IMG/VR virus record: IMGVR_UViG_3300027870_000001
Location: 22,792-86,791 of that record
Source: a virus
Strand: one strand, 5' to 3'
Length of the DNA: 64,000 nt
A program made the translations under genes and the position numbers. Under the pieces are notes generated by a model. It saw only the letters and a program-made list of their open reading frames with translations. It did no database searches and had not been told where the DNA came from. Shown here one piece after another: positions 21,817 to 32,079 of this stretch. Position 1 is the stretch's first letter. Every line of letters starts with the position of its first letter.

Positions 21817-22319
21817 GCGCCTCCGAGGTGCCCGCCGGCACCGTGCACCCGGCCGGCATGACGGCCTGTCAGGCGTGCCCGTGGCGCACCGCGAACCACG
21901 GCCAACGCAACGCGGGAGGCTGGTACACGAAGGCCAACCTGCGTCGCCTGTGGGCGAAGCTCCGCCAGGGCGACTCGATGTCGTGCCATCCGACGGACCC
22001 GCGCATGAACGACGACCCGGGGATGCCCCGCCCGGTCCCCGAAGGGACGGTGCTGCGCGAGTGCGCCGGGTCGCTGGTGCTCATCGAGCGTGAGGCCAAC
22101 CGGTTCGAGGAGATCGTCAAGGCGGGCGGGTCGCTCGCTGACTACCGGCGTGCTCACCCGATGGGCCTCACCCGTGACGGGATCCTGTCGATCGTGGGCC
22201 GGTCGTTCTCTGCGGTGCCGATCATCGGTGACGGGCGTCCGAAGATGACGGCGGTGGACGTCGATGATCCGGCGGTCGGGTACGAGCGCCTGGTGCCGTG
22301 GGAGCCCAAGACCGACTGA
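21813..22319 (+). CDS. Cys-rich protein (DUF6283-like pattern)
   Basis: CQACPWR...MSCH...ECAG; same pattern in 50067-50345. Confidence 0.5.
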   Translation: MSASEVPAGTVHPAGMTACQACPWRTANHGQRNAGGWYTKANLRRLWAKLRQGDSMSCHPTDPRMNDDPGMPRPVPEGTVLRECAGSLVLIEREANRFEEIVKAGGSLADYRRAHPMGLTRDGILSIVGRSFSAVPIIGDGRPKMTAVDVDDPAVGYERLVPWEPKTD

Positions 22320-22328
22320 CGTTGCGTC

Positions 22329-22351
22329 ACTGTCTCACGTCGTGCTACAGT
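22329..22351 (+). promoter_or_regulatory. Repeat promoter, leaderless start at 22359
   Basis: TTGCGT-18-TACAGT; ACTGTCTCACGTCGTGCTACAGT, 7 nt to ATG. Confidence 0.8.
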
Positions 22352-22358
22352 GACAGGC

Positions 22359-24045
22359 ATGACGAACCCTCCCTCGACCGCCTCCCTCGCCCAACTCCGC
22401 GACGGCACCGCAACCGACCGCAGCTACGGCGCCCCCTGGGTCACCCTCAACGCGCTCGCCGCCGACCTCGACGCCGTCCTCATGGAGATCGACTTCGACC
22501 ACGTCACCTGGCGCAACCCCGACGGCGACAACTTCGGCCCCGAAGCCGGCGTCATCGCCCTCGGCAAAGGCAAGCGCACCGTCGCCCGAGCCCGCATGAC
22601 CGACGGCCACGCCGACGCCCGCCTCCGCCTCACCGACTGACCCACCAACCCCAACGAAAGGCCCTGCCCCATGACCACCACCACCGACCCCGAGACGATC
22701 GACGTAGCTGGCCTCTCCGCCGCCATCGTCGGCAACACCCCCACCGACTTCGAGTACGACGACGAGAAGTGGCCCGAGAGCTGGGACTACGTCCCCGTGG
22801 TCCGCTGCGAACACTGCCGGGCGGTGATCATCGACACCGACGACCACCTGTCCACCATCGTCGACGAGAACGGCACCCCGGTCCTCCGAGACGGCGCCGA
22901 GGTCCACGCCACCGAGGCCGACAAGGACGACTGGGACCTGGCCGACGGCGAGGAGTGGGACGACTGCGACGCCGCCGACCAGGATGCCAGCGACCTCGAT
23001 GCCGGCGGGCCGTGGATGAACTACTGGTACCCGGCGTGGCTCCGCTTCGGGGAGACGGCCGAGGATCTGGCGCGAGCCACGGTCGACTCGGTCCTCGTGG
23101 TCGTCACCCGGAACGATGGCGATGAGGTCGGGTTCGCGCTCGGCGGTGGCGGCATGGACCTCTCGTGGGAAATCTGCGAGGGCTACATGTCGGCCGGGCT
23201 CCTGCCGCCGTTCACCTTCTGCGACCTGCCCGCCATGGGCGGTCTGTCCGCGACCCCGAAGACCCTGGCGGTCATCGCCGCTTGCAAGCGCACGGCCGAG
23301 TGCATCGCTGACCGGGCCCGGTACACGACGGACCGCCTCGACCGGTTGCAGGCCGACCTGCGGCCGGTCACCGAGGAGGGCTGATGGGCTTCGCCTCGGA
23401 CGACACGCTCGCTGCGATCGACATGAAGGTCGAGGAGCTGATCGACGCCGCCCAGACCGCGGCCCGTCGCTACAGCATCCCGGCCCGCTGGCCTCGCCTC
23501 GCCGCGGTGGTCGACGGGTTCCAGGTCACCGCCGAGATCGACCCGGACGGCGAGGTCGAGAACGACCGCTGGGTCGACCTCACCTCCTACTGGGCCGAGG
23601 CGGTCGGGCCCGACGGGATCGTGCACCGCGGCCGGTTCAGCGGCGGCGAAGTCACCTGGGGTGCCGAGTGAAGCCGTCGGTGTGCCCGCTCTGTGGACGC
23701 AAGTTCGGGTCCGAGATCATCTGCCTCGGCCACGCCACCTCCGAGCACGGTCCGCGCGAGATCCTCGCCAAGCTCCGTGAGGTGCTCGACCCGGTGCCCC
23801 ACCAGCTCGCCGGCCGCTGGACGACCGAAGGCGGCGCCGAGGCGTGGGTCGACGGGGTCCTCATGCTCACGGCCCCCGAGCCCGGCGTGTCGTACATGGT
23901 CGCGATCGACCGGTCGGTCCACGTGTGGCTGATCTGGCACCCGGACACGGGCGGGCTCATGGCCACCACTCACGGGTCGGTGCTCGCCCGCACCACCTAC
24001 GAGCTGCCCGAGCCCGACCGGATCTACCGGTTCACTGAGGCGTGA
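22359..24045 (+). other. Hypothetical CDS 22359-22640, 22671-23384, 23384-23671, 23668-24045
   Basis: Closely spaced chain; GAAAGG RBS before 22671. Confidence 0.6.
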
Positions 24046-24067
24046 CTGTCGCCGGATCGGCTACAGT
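24045..24067 (+). promoter_or_regulatory. Repeat promoter, leaderless start at 24074
   Basis: ACTGTCGCCGGATCGGCTACAGT, 6 nt to ATG. Confidence 0.8.
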
Positions 24068-24073
24068 CTGACC

Positions 24074-25441
24074 ATGGCACGAACCCCAACATCAACGCCG
24101 GCCCAGTTCGGTCCCGTCGACTTCGACGACGACGACTTCCCCGACCGGCCGGTCCATCACCTCCACCACGTCGCGATCACCAACATCAAAGGGATCCGCG
24201 GCGCGTCGGTCACGATCGAGGACGGCACCCTCACGATCGTCTCCGGCGCGAACGGCCAGGGCAAGTCGTCGTTCGTCGACGCGATCTTCTACGCCCTGCT
24301 CGGCGGCAAAGCCCTCAAGGGCACCGCCCACCCGGTCACCAAGGGCGAGGAGAAAGGCCGGGTCGAGCTGACGTTCACCGTCGGAGACGGCCCCGAGCAG
24401 ATCCTCGTCACCAAGTCGTGGACGAAGGGCGGCGCCGACTCCACCCTGGAGATCCGCAACAGCGACGGGTACACGACGAAGTCGCCGCAGAAGGTGCTCG
24501 ACTCGATGCTCGGCGCCCGCGCTCTGGACCCGTTGGCGTTCATGAACCTCACCGACTCGCAGCAGGTCGAGGACTTCCTGTCGATGATCGAGGTCGACGT
24601 CGACCTCGACGACCTCGACGCCGACGAGGAGAGGGCCCGCCAGTTGCGTGGCGACGTCGGCCGCGACCTGCGCGCGATGCGGGCCCGGTGCGACGCCATG
24701 CCAGAACCGTTCGACGGGCTCCCCCCAGAACCGATCGCGATCACCGACCTGATCGCTGAGGAGGAGAAAGCACGGGCCCACAACGACAAGATCGACCACA
24801 CCCTGGAGGTCGCCGCCCAGACCGACGGCCTGGCCCTCGCTGCCCGTTCCCTCGTCGAACGGCTCACGGCCGAGCTGGAAGCCGCTGAGGAGGCTCTCGT
24901 GCGGGCTGACGCCACCGCCGCCCGCGCCGCCGAAGACGCGCAACTGGTCCCGGCCCGGATCGACATCGACGAGATCCGTGGCCGCATGGCCGACGTCGAC
25001 GTCATCAACGAACAGGTCCGTGCCGCGAAGTCCCGGCAGGACGCCCTGAACGAGCTGGCCCAGTTGGAGCGCCGGCACCGTGACCTGGAGGAGACGATCG
25101 CTGGGATCCTCGCCACGAAGGAGGAGGCGATCGCCGCGGCGGACATGCCGATCGACGGGCTCACCTTCGCATCCAAGAAGGAGGGCCTCGTCTACCAGGG
25201 GACCGCGTTGAAGGACTGCTCCGCTGCCGAGCAGCGCCTCGTCGCCTGCTCCCTCGCCATGGCCGGTGACCCGCAGATCCGGTTGATCTCCGTCGAGGAT
25301 GGGTCGCTCCTCGACTCCGCCGCGCTCGCCCAGTTGGAGGAGATCGCCGCGGCCCGCGACTTCCACGTCCTGATCGAGATCGTCGACGAGTCCGGCGAAG
25401 CCGGGATCGTGTTCCGCAACGGAGAGGTCGTCCCGTCGTGA
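24074..25441 (+). CDS. SMC/Rad50/RecN-like ABC-type ATPase with coiled coil
   Basis: Walker A GANGQGKSS; central coiled coil; signature-like CSAAEQ; Walker B/D-loop ISVEDGSLLD. Confidence 0.8.
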   Translation: MARTPTSTPAQFGPVDFDDDDFPDRPVHHLHHVAITNIKGIRGASVTIEDGTLTIVSGANGQGKSSFVDAIFYALLGGKALKGTAHPVTKGEEKGRVELTFTVGDGPEQILVTKSWTKGGADSTLEIRNSDGYTTKSPQKVLDSMLGARALDPLAFMNLTDSQQVEDFLSMIEVDVDLDDLDADEERARQLRGDVGRDLRAMRARCDAMPEPFDGLPPEPIAITDLIAEEEKARAHNDKIDHTLEVAAQTDGLALAARSLVERLTAELEAAEEALVRADATAARAAEDAQLVPARIDIDEIRGRMADVDVINEQVRAAKSRQDALNELAQLERRHRDLEETIAGILATKEEAIAAADMPIDGLTFASKKEGLVYQGTALKDCSAAEQRLVACSLAMAGDPQIRLISVEDGSLLDSAALAQLEEIAAARDFHVLIEIVDESGEAGIVFRNGEVVPS

Positions 25442-26157
25442 GCGGCCAGAGCCCATGGGACGGGCCGCTCCCTCCGGTCGTCGACGAGCACCGGCCCGAG
25501 GTCCCGGCCGAACCCAACCACGCACGGCAGAGCGTCGCCACGGCCGTGATCCGCCAGTACGCCGAAGGCAACGTCGACCTCGTACGGGTCCTGCGCCGGC
25601 TCCTGGACGACGGCTACGAGATCCCGACCCTGACCTCACCAGCGGACGCGCCGCCGTTGGAGGTCGCCAACGAGCTGCTCGACTACGTGCTCCCGGCCAA
25701 CGGGTTCCCGGCCGGGTCGACCCGGATCCTCGGCCCCGCACGACACGCCCCCGACCTGATCGTCCCGGGCGCGAACGGCCCTATCCCCGGCGACCGGCCC
25801 GTCGCGGCTGCGGGTGGCGCGTGCCCTCCGGCCCCCGACATGTTCGACTTCTTCAAGCTCCCCGAGCCGCCGGTCATCCCCGCTGACCCGGTCGAGCTGA
25901 TCGCCTACTGGAGGAACGAGGCGGCGAACTGGCGCCAGGCTGCCCGGCGCCTCAAGGGCTCCAAACACAAGAGCGACCGGAACCGCCGCCGCCGGTACAA
26001 GGCCATGGCCTCCCAACTCGACGCGTGCGCCCGCGAACTGGAGAAGTGCCTCGCTGGCGGCGGGCCGATGACCCTCCTCGACTACTGGACGCCCCTCTCC
26101 CCGACGTGGGGCGGGATCAAGTTCATCCAGCCCCCGCCCCTGGACCCGGAGCCGTGA
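25438..26157 (+). CDS. Hypothetical protein
   Basis: GTGA overlap. Confidence 0.55.
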   Translation: MSGQSPWDGPLPPVVDEHRPEVPAEPNHARQSVATAVIRQYAEGNVDLVRVLRRLLDDGYEIPTLTSPADAPPLEVANELLDYVLPANGFPAGSTRILGPARHAPDLIVPGANGPIPGDRPVAAAGGACPPAPDMFDFFKLPEPPVIPADPVELIAYWRNEAANWRQAARRLKGSKHKSDRNRRRRYKAMASQLDACARELEKCLAGGGPMTLLDYWTPLSPTWGGIKFIQPPPLDPEP

Positions 26158-26330
26158 ACGCCCTCTGGCCATGGCTGACCGTCGGCTTGCTCCTCTTTCT
26201 CGCCGGGTCAATCATGGACGAAGCGTTCAACGCCCCGATCGGATCGTGGCTGTTCAGCATGGCCTCGATCGGATGCTGGTGGCAGGCCGGGCGCATCCTC
26301 TGGCGGATCCACAACGACCCACCCCAACCA

Positions 26331-26357
26331 GGAGCCCCAACATGACCGACCTGCCCC
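26331..26357 (+). repeat. 27-nt start-associated repeat, copy 2
   Basis: Exact match to 15371-15397. Confidence 0.85.
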
Positions 26358-26746
26358 GCAACGCCCGGATCGTGATCGGAGGCCACCCCCGCACCGGGAA
26401 GACCACCCACGGCAACCAGCTCGCCGCCGCCCTCGGCGTGACCTGCCAGCACACCGACGACCTGATCGACCTCGGCTGGTCCGAAGCGTCCGCCGCCGCA
26501 GCCGAGTGGATGACCAAGCCCGGCCCGTGGGTGATCGAAGGCATGGCCGCGGCCCGCGCGCTACGCAAGGTCCCCGAGTCGGAGCACGGCCCATGCGACC
26601 TGCTCATCTGGTTGACCGACCCGTTCGAGCCGCTCACCAAAGGGCAGCTCGCGATGGGCAAGGGCGCGGACACGGTCCTCGCGGGGATCGTCGACGCCCT
26701 CGACGACGCGCAGGTCCAGGTACGGTCCAGGCCGCTCGACCTGTGA
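26342..26746 (+). CDS. Small P-loop NMP-kinase-like protein
   Basis: IVIGGHPRTGKTT, HTDD, WVIEG. Confidence 0.65.
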   Translation: MTDLPRNARIVIGGHPRTGKTTHGNQLAAALGVTCQHTDDLIDLGWSEASAAAAEWMTKPGPWVIEGMAAARALRKVPESEHGPCDLLIWLTDPFEPLTKGQLAMGKGADTVLAGIVDALDDAQVQVRSRPLDL

Positions 26747-26963
26747 AGGCGTTGGCCGTGATCGACGACGACGGCATGGTCGTCGCCTGGTCCGAGTCGT
26801 CCCTCGGCTGCTACCGCAAGATCGCTGACGCCGACGACAACGGGGTCACCTGGCAACAGATCCGCACTCTCCACGAGGCCGGCGACCCGTTGACGGTCAC
26901 CGTGCTCGACCACCCAACCACCTACCGGATCGTTCCCCGATCCGAGATCGAGGACCACCAACC

Positions 26964-29090
26964 ATGACCACCGACCCCCAGCCCGTGCTCACCCCGTACG
27001 TGGGGCGCGCCACCTCCGACAGCCCGAGTGGCGTCCACGTGCTCTACCTGTCCCCGCAGGGGTGGGCGCTCCAGCACCCGAAGCCCGGCCCCGGCGGGGT
27101 GTGCTCCGAGTTCTGCCCCACCCAGCAGGCCCTGGAGGAGGTGCTCGACCGGACAGCCTGGTTCGCGTTGAGTGATGACGACTTCCGTCGTCTCGTCCAG
27201 CTCGCCCCCGAGGTCGACATCACGATGATGACCCGCCCCCCGTACTGGGTCGACCAGATCGGCCAACTCCTCGCCTACCACGGCGCGGTGGCCCCCGATG
27301 GCAGCCACAACTGGTGGGACCGGTCCGCGCTCGTCACCGCGTTCCGCCGGCTGGTCGAGTCCTGGACCCAGCCCGGCGCAGCAGCCGGCACCTTCAACCC
27401 CGCGGACTTCGGGCCGGTCGACGCCGACCCGATGGTCCCCGTGCCCCGAGCGGGGATCGTCGCCTACGCCAAGGCGGCGCGCGAGCACGGCCTGTACGGC
27501 ATGGCCGACGACTTCGACAAGATCCTCGGCCACCCGGCCCGTGAAGAACCGGAGCACCCGGAGGTGGTCGGGCTCCGCTACGACGTGGCCGTGTCGCTCA
27601 TGGGCGCGATGCGCCGGTGCAACATGTGGGAGGAAGCCGACCGGCTCCGCAACCTCCTCCGCCTCGACGAGATCCCGGTCCTCCACGACGGCCAGCAGGT
27701 CGGTGTCGTCGAGGAGGTCACCCGCGAGCCCGACGTGATCATCCGCAACACCTCCGGGTTCCCGATGCCCGACAGCGACCAGGCACGGCTCGACTTCGCG
27801 GAGGGGTTCGCCCCCGCGATCGACGCGGTGCAGGAGGCCCTCAACTCGGCGTTTCCCGACGACGGCGCTGGCCCCTGGACCGGGCTCGCTGCGTCCAAGG
27901 TGGTGCGTGGCCTCAAGCTCCTCGGCTGGGCGGTCGTCGAACGGCAGGAGGTGCACGACCAGTGGACAGGCGTGCTCAAGATCGAGGGCGTCCCCGCCGG
28001 TGACCAGCGGCTCGCGCGCTCTGACCGGCCCGAGGTCAACGAGGTGCTCGACCGGCTCAGGATCATCCAGACCGCCGACTGGTGGCAGCACGTCCACGAG
28101 GACGGCGAGGCCCACTACTACCTCGACGCGATGCTCCGCGCGGCCGGTGCCCTGGCCCCTGACCCACGCCCGACGGAGCTCGACAGCGTGAACGATCTGC
28201 TCCACACGGCGTGGGGCATCATCGCCAACGCCCAGCACGCCCTGGGCAACGGCATGTCGCTCGACGAACTCGCCACCGCCGAACCCGAGCTGACGACTGC
28301 AACCGAGGAGGTGGAGTGGGCCAGGGCCGCGGTCCGGTTCCGTGACGCCTACCACCTCCACCTCGGCATCCCGACGGACTACGAGGTCGTGGAGGCGGTG
28401 CCCGTGCCGTGGGTCCCGAGCCCCGACGAAGCCGACCACACCCTGGCCCGTGCGATCCTCGGCCAGTCGAGCACCCTCGCCGGCTACGAACGGGACTGGG
28501 TGAAGGACCACTACCGGCACGGCGTCTCCGACTTCGCCCCGACGTCGCTGCTCACCCGGTGCACCTTGGAGATGGTCCCCGCGGGTGCGGTGTGGGCATG
28601 GGCCGACGAGGTCGACGGGGCCGGGCTGATCCGCTGGCTCCAGGCTTACGAGGTCGGTCGGGTGGCGGATCTGCTCGGCACGATCGGTGGCCAGGCCGAC
28701 GCGATCCGCACGTTCGGCCGTCTCGGGTCGGATCCGGTGGAGGTGCAGCGCCGGCTCCAGCAGGAGGTGGCGTTCCTCGATCCCAACGTGTTCACCGGTC
28801 ACGTGGTCCCGGAGCCCGCGCCGTGGGCAGCGGAGGTGTGGGAGAACATGGAGTCGGGCCCTGAGATCCCGCTTGACATGACCGCGGTCGACAAGGGCGA
28901 CCCCGATCGTCCGACCGAGGTCACCTCCCGGCCGACGCCCGACGAGCGCGACCTCCGCAACCAGGCGCTGACCCTGGCCATCGGCTACGTCACCAACGCC
29001 AGCATGGGCGGCAACGCCCTGGAGGTGGCCGAGCAGTACCTGGCGTTCCTCCGCACCGGTCAGGCCCCGCCCCTGGCCACGTTGGGGTGA
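26964..29090 (+). CDS. Large mosaic hypothetical protein (708 aa)
   Basis: Long ORF with native codon usage, GAGG RBS, followed by terminator. Confidence 0.7.
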   Translation: MTTDPQPVLTPYVGRATSDSPSGVHVLYLSPQGWALQHPKPGPGGVCSEFCPTQQALEEVLDRTAWFALSDDDFRRLVQLAPEVDITMMTRPPYWVDQIGQLLAYHGAVAPDGSHNWWDRSALVTAFRRLVESWTQPGAAAGTFNPADFGPVDADPMVPVPRAGIVAYAKAAREHGLYGMADDFDKILGHPAREEPEHPEVVGLRYDVAVSLMGAMRRCNMWEEADRLRNLLRLDEIPVLHDGQQVGVVEEVTREPDVIIRNTSGFPMPDSDQARLDFAEGFAPAIDAVQEALNSAFPDDGAGPWTGLAASKVVRGLKLLGWAVVERQEVHDQWTGVLKIEGVPAGDQRLARSDRPEVNEVLDRLRIIQTADWWQHVHEDGEAHYYLDAMLRAAGALAPDPRPTELDSVNDLLHTAWGIIANAQHALGNGMSLDELATAEPELTTATEEVEWARAAVRFRDAYHLHLGIPTDYEVVEAVPVPWVPSPDEADHTLARAILGQSSTLAGYERDWVKDHYRHGVSDFAPTSLLTRCTLEMVPAGAVWAWADEVDGAGLIRWLQAYEVGRVADLLGTIGGQADAIRTFGRLGSDPVEVQRRLQQEVAFLDPNVFTGHVVPEPAPWAAEVWENMESGPEIPLDMTAVDKGDPDRPTEVTSRPTPDERDLRNQALTLAIGYVTNASMGGNALEVAEQYLAFLRTGQAPPLATLG

Positions 29091-29095
29091 ACCAG

Positions 29096-29127
29096 GAAGG
29101 GGACCGGCTCCAGGGCCGGTCCCCTTC
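29096..29127 (+). terminator. Intrinsic terminator-like hairpin
   Basis: GAAGGGGACCGGC/GCCGGTCCCCTTC 13-bp stem. Confidence 0.7.
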
Positions 29128-29140
29128 GCTGTCCCGGCCC

Positions 29141-29163
29141 ACTGTCGCCGTAGATGCTACGGT
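29141..29163 (+). promoter_or_regulatory. Repeat promoter, leaderless GTG start at 29171
   Basis: ACTGTCGCCGTAGATGCTACGGT, 7 nt to GTG. Confidence 0.75.
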
Positions 29164-29170
29164 CGGCCCC

Positions 29171-29602
29171 GTGATCCTGTACCACGGCACCACGCTCGAA
29201 GCGTGGCTCCTGATCCACCGTGACGGCCTCGTCCCGCACCGTGCACCCGGCCGCGACATGACTGTGGTGTGGGCCTCGGATGACCCGAACGTCGCCCGGT
29301 TCTACGCCCGAGGCGGCGTGTGGACGTCGCCGTCGACCGCCGGGGTCGTGCTGGCCTTCCCTGCCCCCGAGGACGCTCAGATCGTACGTGACGCCGCTCA
29401 CCCGCGACTGTGGACCTGCCCCACCCTGATCCCGGCCGAGTCGATCAGCGTGCACGAGACGATCCCCGCCGCCGAGTGCGGATCGGCGTTCGGTGACCTC
29501 GGCGCCCAGGTGAAGGCGTTGGCCAGCGCGTTCCACGCAGCGACCGCGCTCGTCGCAGCGACCAAGACCAAGATCCCATCCAACACTGGAGCCCCAACAT
29601 GA
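29171..29602 (+). CDS. ADP-ribosyltransferase-fold (KptA/Tpt1-like) protein
   Basis: MILYHGT...IHRDGL...VWASDDPNVARFYA. Confidence 0.55.
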   Translation: MILYHGTTLEAWLLIHRDGLVPHRAPGRDMTVVWASDDPNVARFYARGGVWTSPSTAGVVLAFPAPEDAQIVRDAAHPRLWTCPTLIPAESISVHETIPAAECGSAFGDLGAQVKALASAFHAATALVAATKTKIPSNTGAPT

Positions 29603-29614
29603 CCGACCTGCCCC
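29588..29614 (+). repeat. 27-nt start-associated repeat, copy 3
   Basis: Exact match to 15371-15397. Confidence 0.85.
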
Positions 29615-31254
29615 GCGCCCCCGGCTACAACGACCTCACCGACGCGGAGAAGCTCCTCGCCCAAGCGATCGCCGTCGAGGTGGTCAACGCCAAGGACGCC
29701 CTCGGCATCCTTGGGTCGGAGCCGATCATCTACGACGCTTCGATCCCGACGTTCGTCAAGGCGTGGGCGCTCGCCATCGAAGCCGGCGGCAACGACACCG
29801 CCGACCTGGCCGAGGACATCAAGCCCGCCCCCCGTCAGGTGTCGCGGGCGGACGTGTGGCATTGGCTGGGCCGGCACGGCATCGACGGCGGCACCGACCG
29901 ACCGATGGGCGGGGCGATCCGCCTCCACGCCGATCTGGTCGAGCTCCCCCCGGCCGACGCCCAGAACCCGGGCGCCCGGCCCGGCCGCACCGACCTCCAC
30001 GACGCATCCGCGGTGGCATCGGTCGAGCTGCTCCCCATGATCAACGGCCGCTACGTCCAGACCACCTCCGCCGGGGAGATCACCCCGGTCGCGCTCATCC
30101 CGTACGACCTCGTGCCCGGCGAAGGCGCCGATGCCTGACGACCGGGTCAACGCCTTGGCGGCGGAGATGCGCGCCGCTGGCGGCGAAGGCATGGAGGTCA
30201 TCGAGCGGCGGGTGATGGGCGGGCAACGGCTCCGCCTGTGGATGCCCTCGGCCGCGGCGTCCGCGAAGCTGCGGGCGCTCGCGTCGTCGTTCGGGTGGCC
30301 GTCGAACGTGGTGCCCCACTACGCCCACCCGGGCGCGCGAGGGTCGACAGGGGTCCAGGTCGTGATCGACATGAAGGTCGGGCAGGGACAGGTTGAGGGC
30401 GGTCACCGTGAGGTGGGCGCCGGCCGTCGTAGCGTCGGCCCCGGAGGTGCACGATGACCAACGAGATCACGATCCAGGTCGGCCCCGAGGGCATGAACCC
30501 CAACGACCCGCGCTGGCAGGACGCGCTCCTGACGATGACCGGCCGGGTCCAGAACTTCCCGTTCTGGGACTACAAGCCCGAGCTGATCCGCGGTGGCCGT
30601 CGCCTCGACCGGTTCGTCGACCCCCACCTGGAGGCGCTCCGCGAGTGGCGGCGGATGCTGTGGCACAACGTGGCCGGTCACCTGATCGGCTACTGCGTGG
30701 TGTTCCCGTTCTCCCGGCGGCTTGGCCACTGGATCCACGACAGGACCGAACCCTGATGGGCATCCTCGACCCGGGCGAACTGCTCGCCGCCGCGACCATC
30801 GACGACGCAGCAGAGCTCGTCAACCGGCTCCTCACCGAACCCGACCCGGAGATCCTCGCGGATCTCCTCGAACACGTCGTCGACCAGTCCGACCGGGCTC
30901 ACGCGGTGCTCGCCCTGTTGGTGCTCACCGCCCGCGGTGCCCCGGTGTCGGAGACGGGTGTCGAGCTGGTCAACCAGGCCGGCCAGGTCGTCGGCCAACT
31001 GATCCTCCCGCCATCATGATCATCATCGTCCTGGTGGTGGCCGGTGTGGTCGCAGCCCGGGTCCTCGGCCAGTGGCTGGTCGGGTGAGCGACCTCGGGAA
31101 GCCGAAGGCCCGGTACCGGCGTCCGTGCCCGACGTGCGCCTCGACGGTCAGGACCAAGACCCGCGACGGCGAAGACATCGTGGTGTCCTGCACGGGGGGC
31201 GGCTACGTGATGGGCCGGATCACTCTGACCCGGGATCTGCCCGGCCCGTGCTGA
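29599..31254 (+). other. Hypothetical CDS 29599-30138, 30131-30457, 30454-30756, 30756-31019 and tiny ORFs to 31254
   Basis: Coupled chain. Confidence 0.55.
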
Positions 31255-31889
31255 ACCGCGACCCGGCGAAGAACCGGGCATGGCAGGACCGCAGCCGTGC
31301 TCGGGCCCGCGAGAAACGCAACGCTCGACCTGGGGTCGAGGGTCAACCTCACGTCGACATCGAACCACCGCCGACCCCGAAGCTGACCCGTCCGGTGCCG
31401 CCCCCTCCACCACGGCCGACCGATGTCGAGCCGGTGGCCAAGCTGTTCACCGACGCCGACACCCAACCCCGCGACGTGGTCCGCGCCGAACGGATCTCCA
31501 TCGACCGGGTGTGCCAGGCCCGCGGGTTCACGACGGTGCCGTGCGACCGTGGCCAGGAGGTCGACGAGATGCAAGGCCGAGGCCGGCGACCGGGGTCGGA
31601 GCTGGTCCTCGCTGAGACGCAGCTCCTGTGCCACACCTGCCACGCGCTCAAGACCCGTCACCCGCGGATGGCCGGGCTGCTCGGCCTGTACGGGCCGGTC
31701 GAGCAGGAACGGCGGATCACGGTCGAGGGCCGCGACAAGGTGGAGGAGGCGCTCGTCGAGTGGGTGCGCCGGAAGTCGACGGCGAGGGGGATCGACGCGG
31801 GGTCCCCGGTGTGGTCGGGGGTGGTCGGGTTGGCGGTGCGACGGGACGCGACCGGGGTGTTGGCGTTGATCGCTCCGCAGGTTGCGTGA
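31248..31889 (+). CDS. HNH-like endonuclease (degenerate)
   Basis: VCQ...PC...EVDEMQGRGR...QLLCHTCHALKT. Confidence 0.55.
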   Translation: MLNRDPAKNRAWQDRSRARAREKRNARPGVEGQPHVDIEPPPTPKLTRPVPPPPPRPTDVEPVAKLFTDADTQPRDVVRAERISIDRVCQARGFTTVPCDRGQEVDEMQGRGRRPGSELVLAETQLLCHTCHALKTRHPRMAGLLGLYGPVEQERRITVEGRDKVEEALVEWVRRKSTARGIDAGSPVWSGVVGLAVRRDATGVLALIAPQVA

Positions 31890-31910
31890 CTGTCGCCCGT
31901 TGGCTACAGT
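31889..31910 (+). promoter_or_regulatory. Repeat promoter driving putative ncRNA-2
   Basis: TTGCGT-17-TACAGT; ACTGTCGCCCGTTGGCTACAGT. Confidence 0.75.
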
Positions 31911-31917
31911 CATTGGT

Positions 31918-31990
31918 GCCCCCCCACTTCCGCCGGTGGGGTGCGGGCGACGGCATCGGATCCACCTCACCCGCCGAGGTGGACGATGTC
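31918..31990 (+). ncRNA. Putative two-hairpin sRNA with CCGCC loops (ncRNA-2)
   Basis: Hairpin 31918-31948 (loop TTCCGCCG) and 31952-31990 (loop ACCCGCC); starts 7 nt after the -10 element. Confidence 0.55.
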
Positions 31991-31993
31991 ACT

Positions 31994-32030
31994 GAGGGTG
32001 CCCCCGGTTGATACGGCCGGGGGCACCCTC
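31994..32030 (+). terminator. Terminator-like hairpin
   Basis: GAGGGTGCCCCCGG/CCGGGGGCACCCTC perfect 14-bp stem. Confidence 0.75.
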
Positions 32031-32049
32031 GCGAACCGGCACTTGTGCA

Positions 32050-32072
32050 ACTGTCTCACGCCGTGCTACAGT
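32050..32072 (+). promoter_or_regulatory. Repeat promoter, leaderless start at 32080
   Basis: TTGTGC-18-TACAGT, 7 nt to ATG. Confidence 0.8.
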
Positions 32073-32079
32073 GACGGAC

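Noticed and set aside
31916-32011. 31-codon ORF MPPHFRRW...
   Set aside because: Start is upstream of the expected +1, it overlaps three strong hairpins, and it has no RBS; an RNA function is more parsimonious
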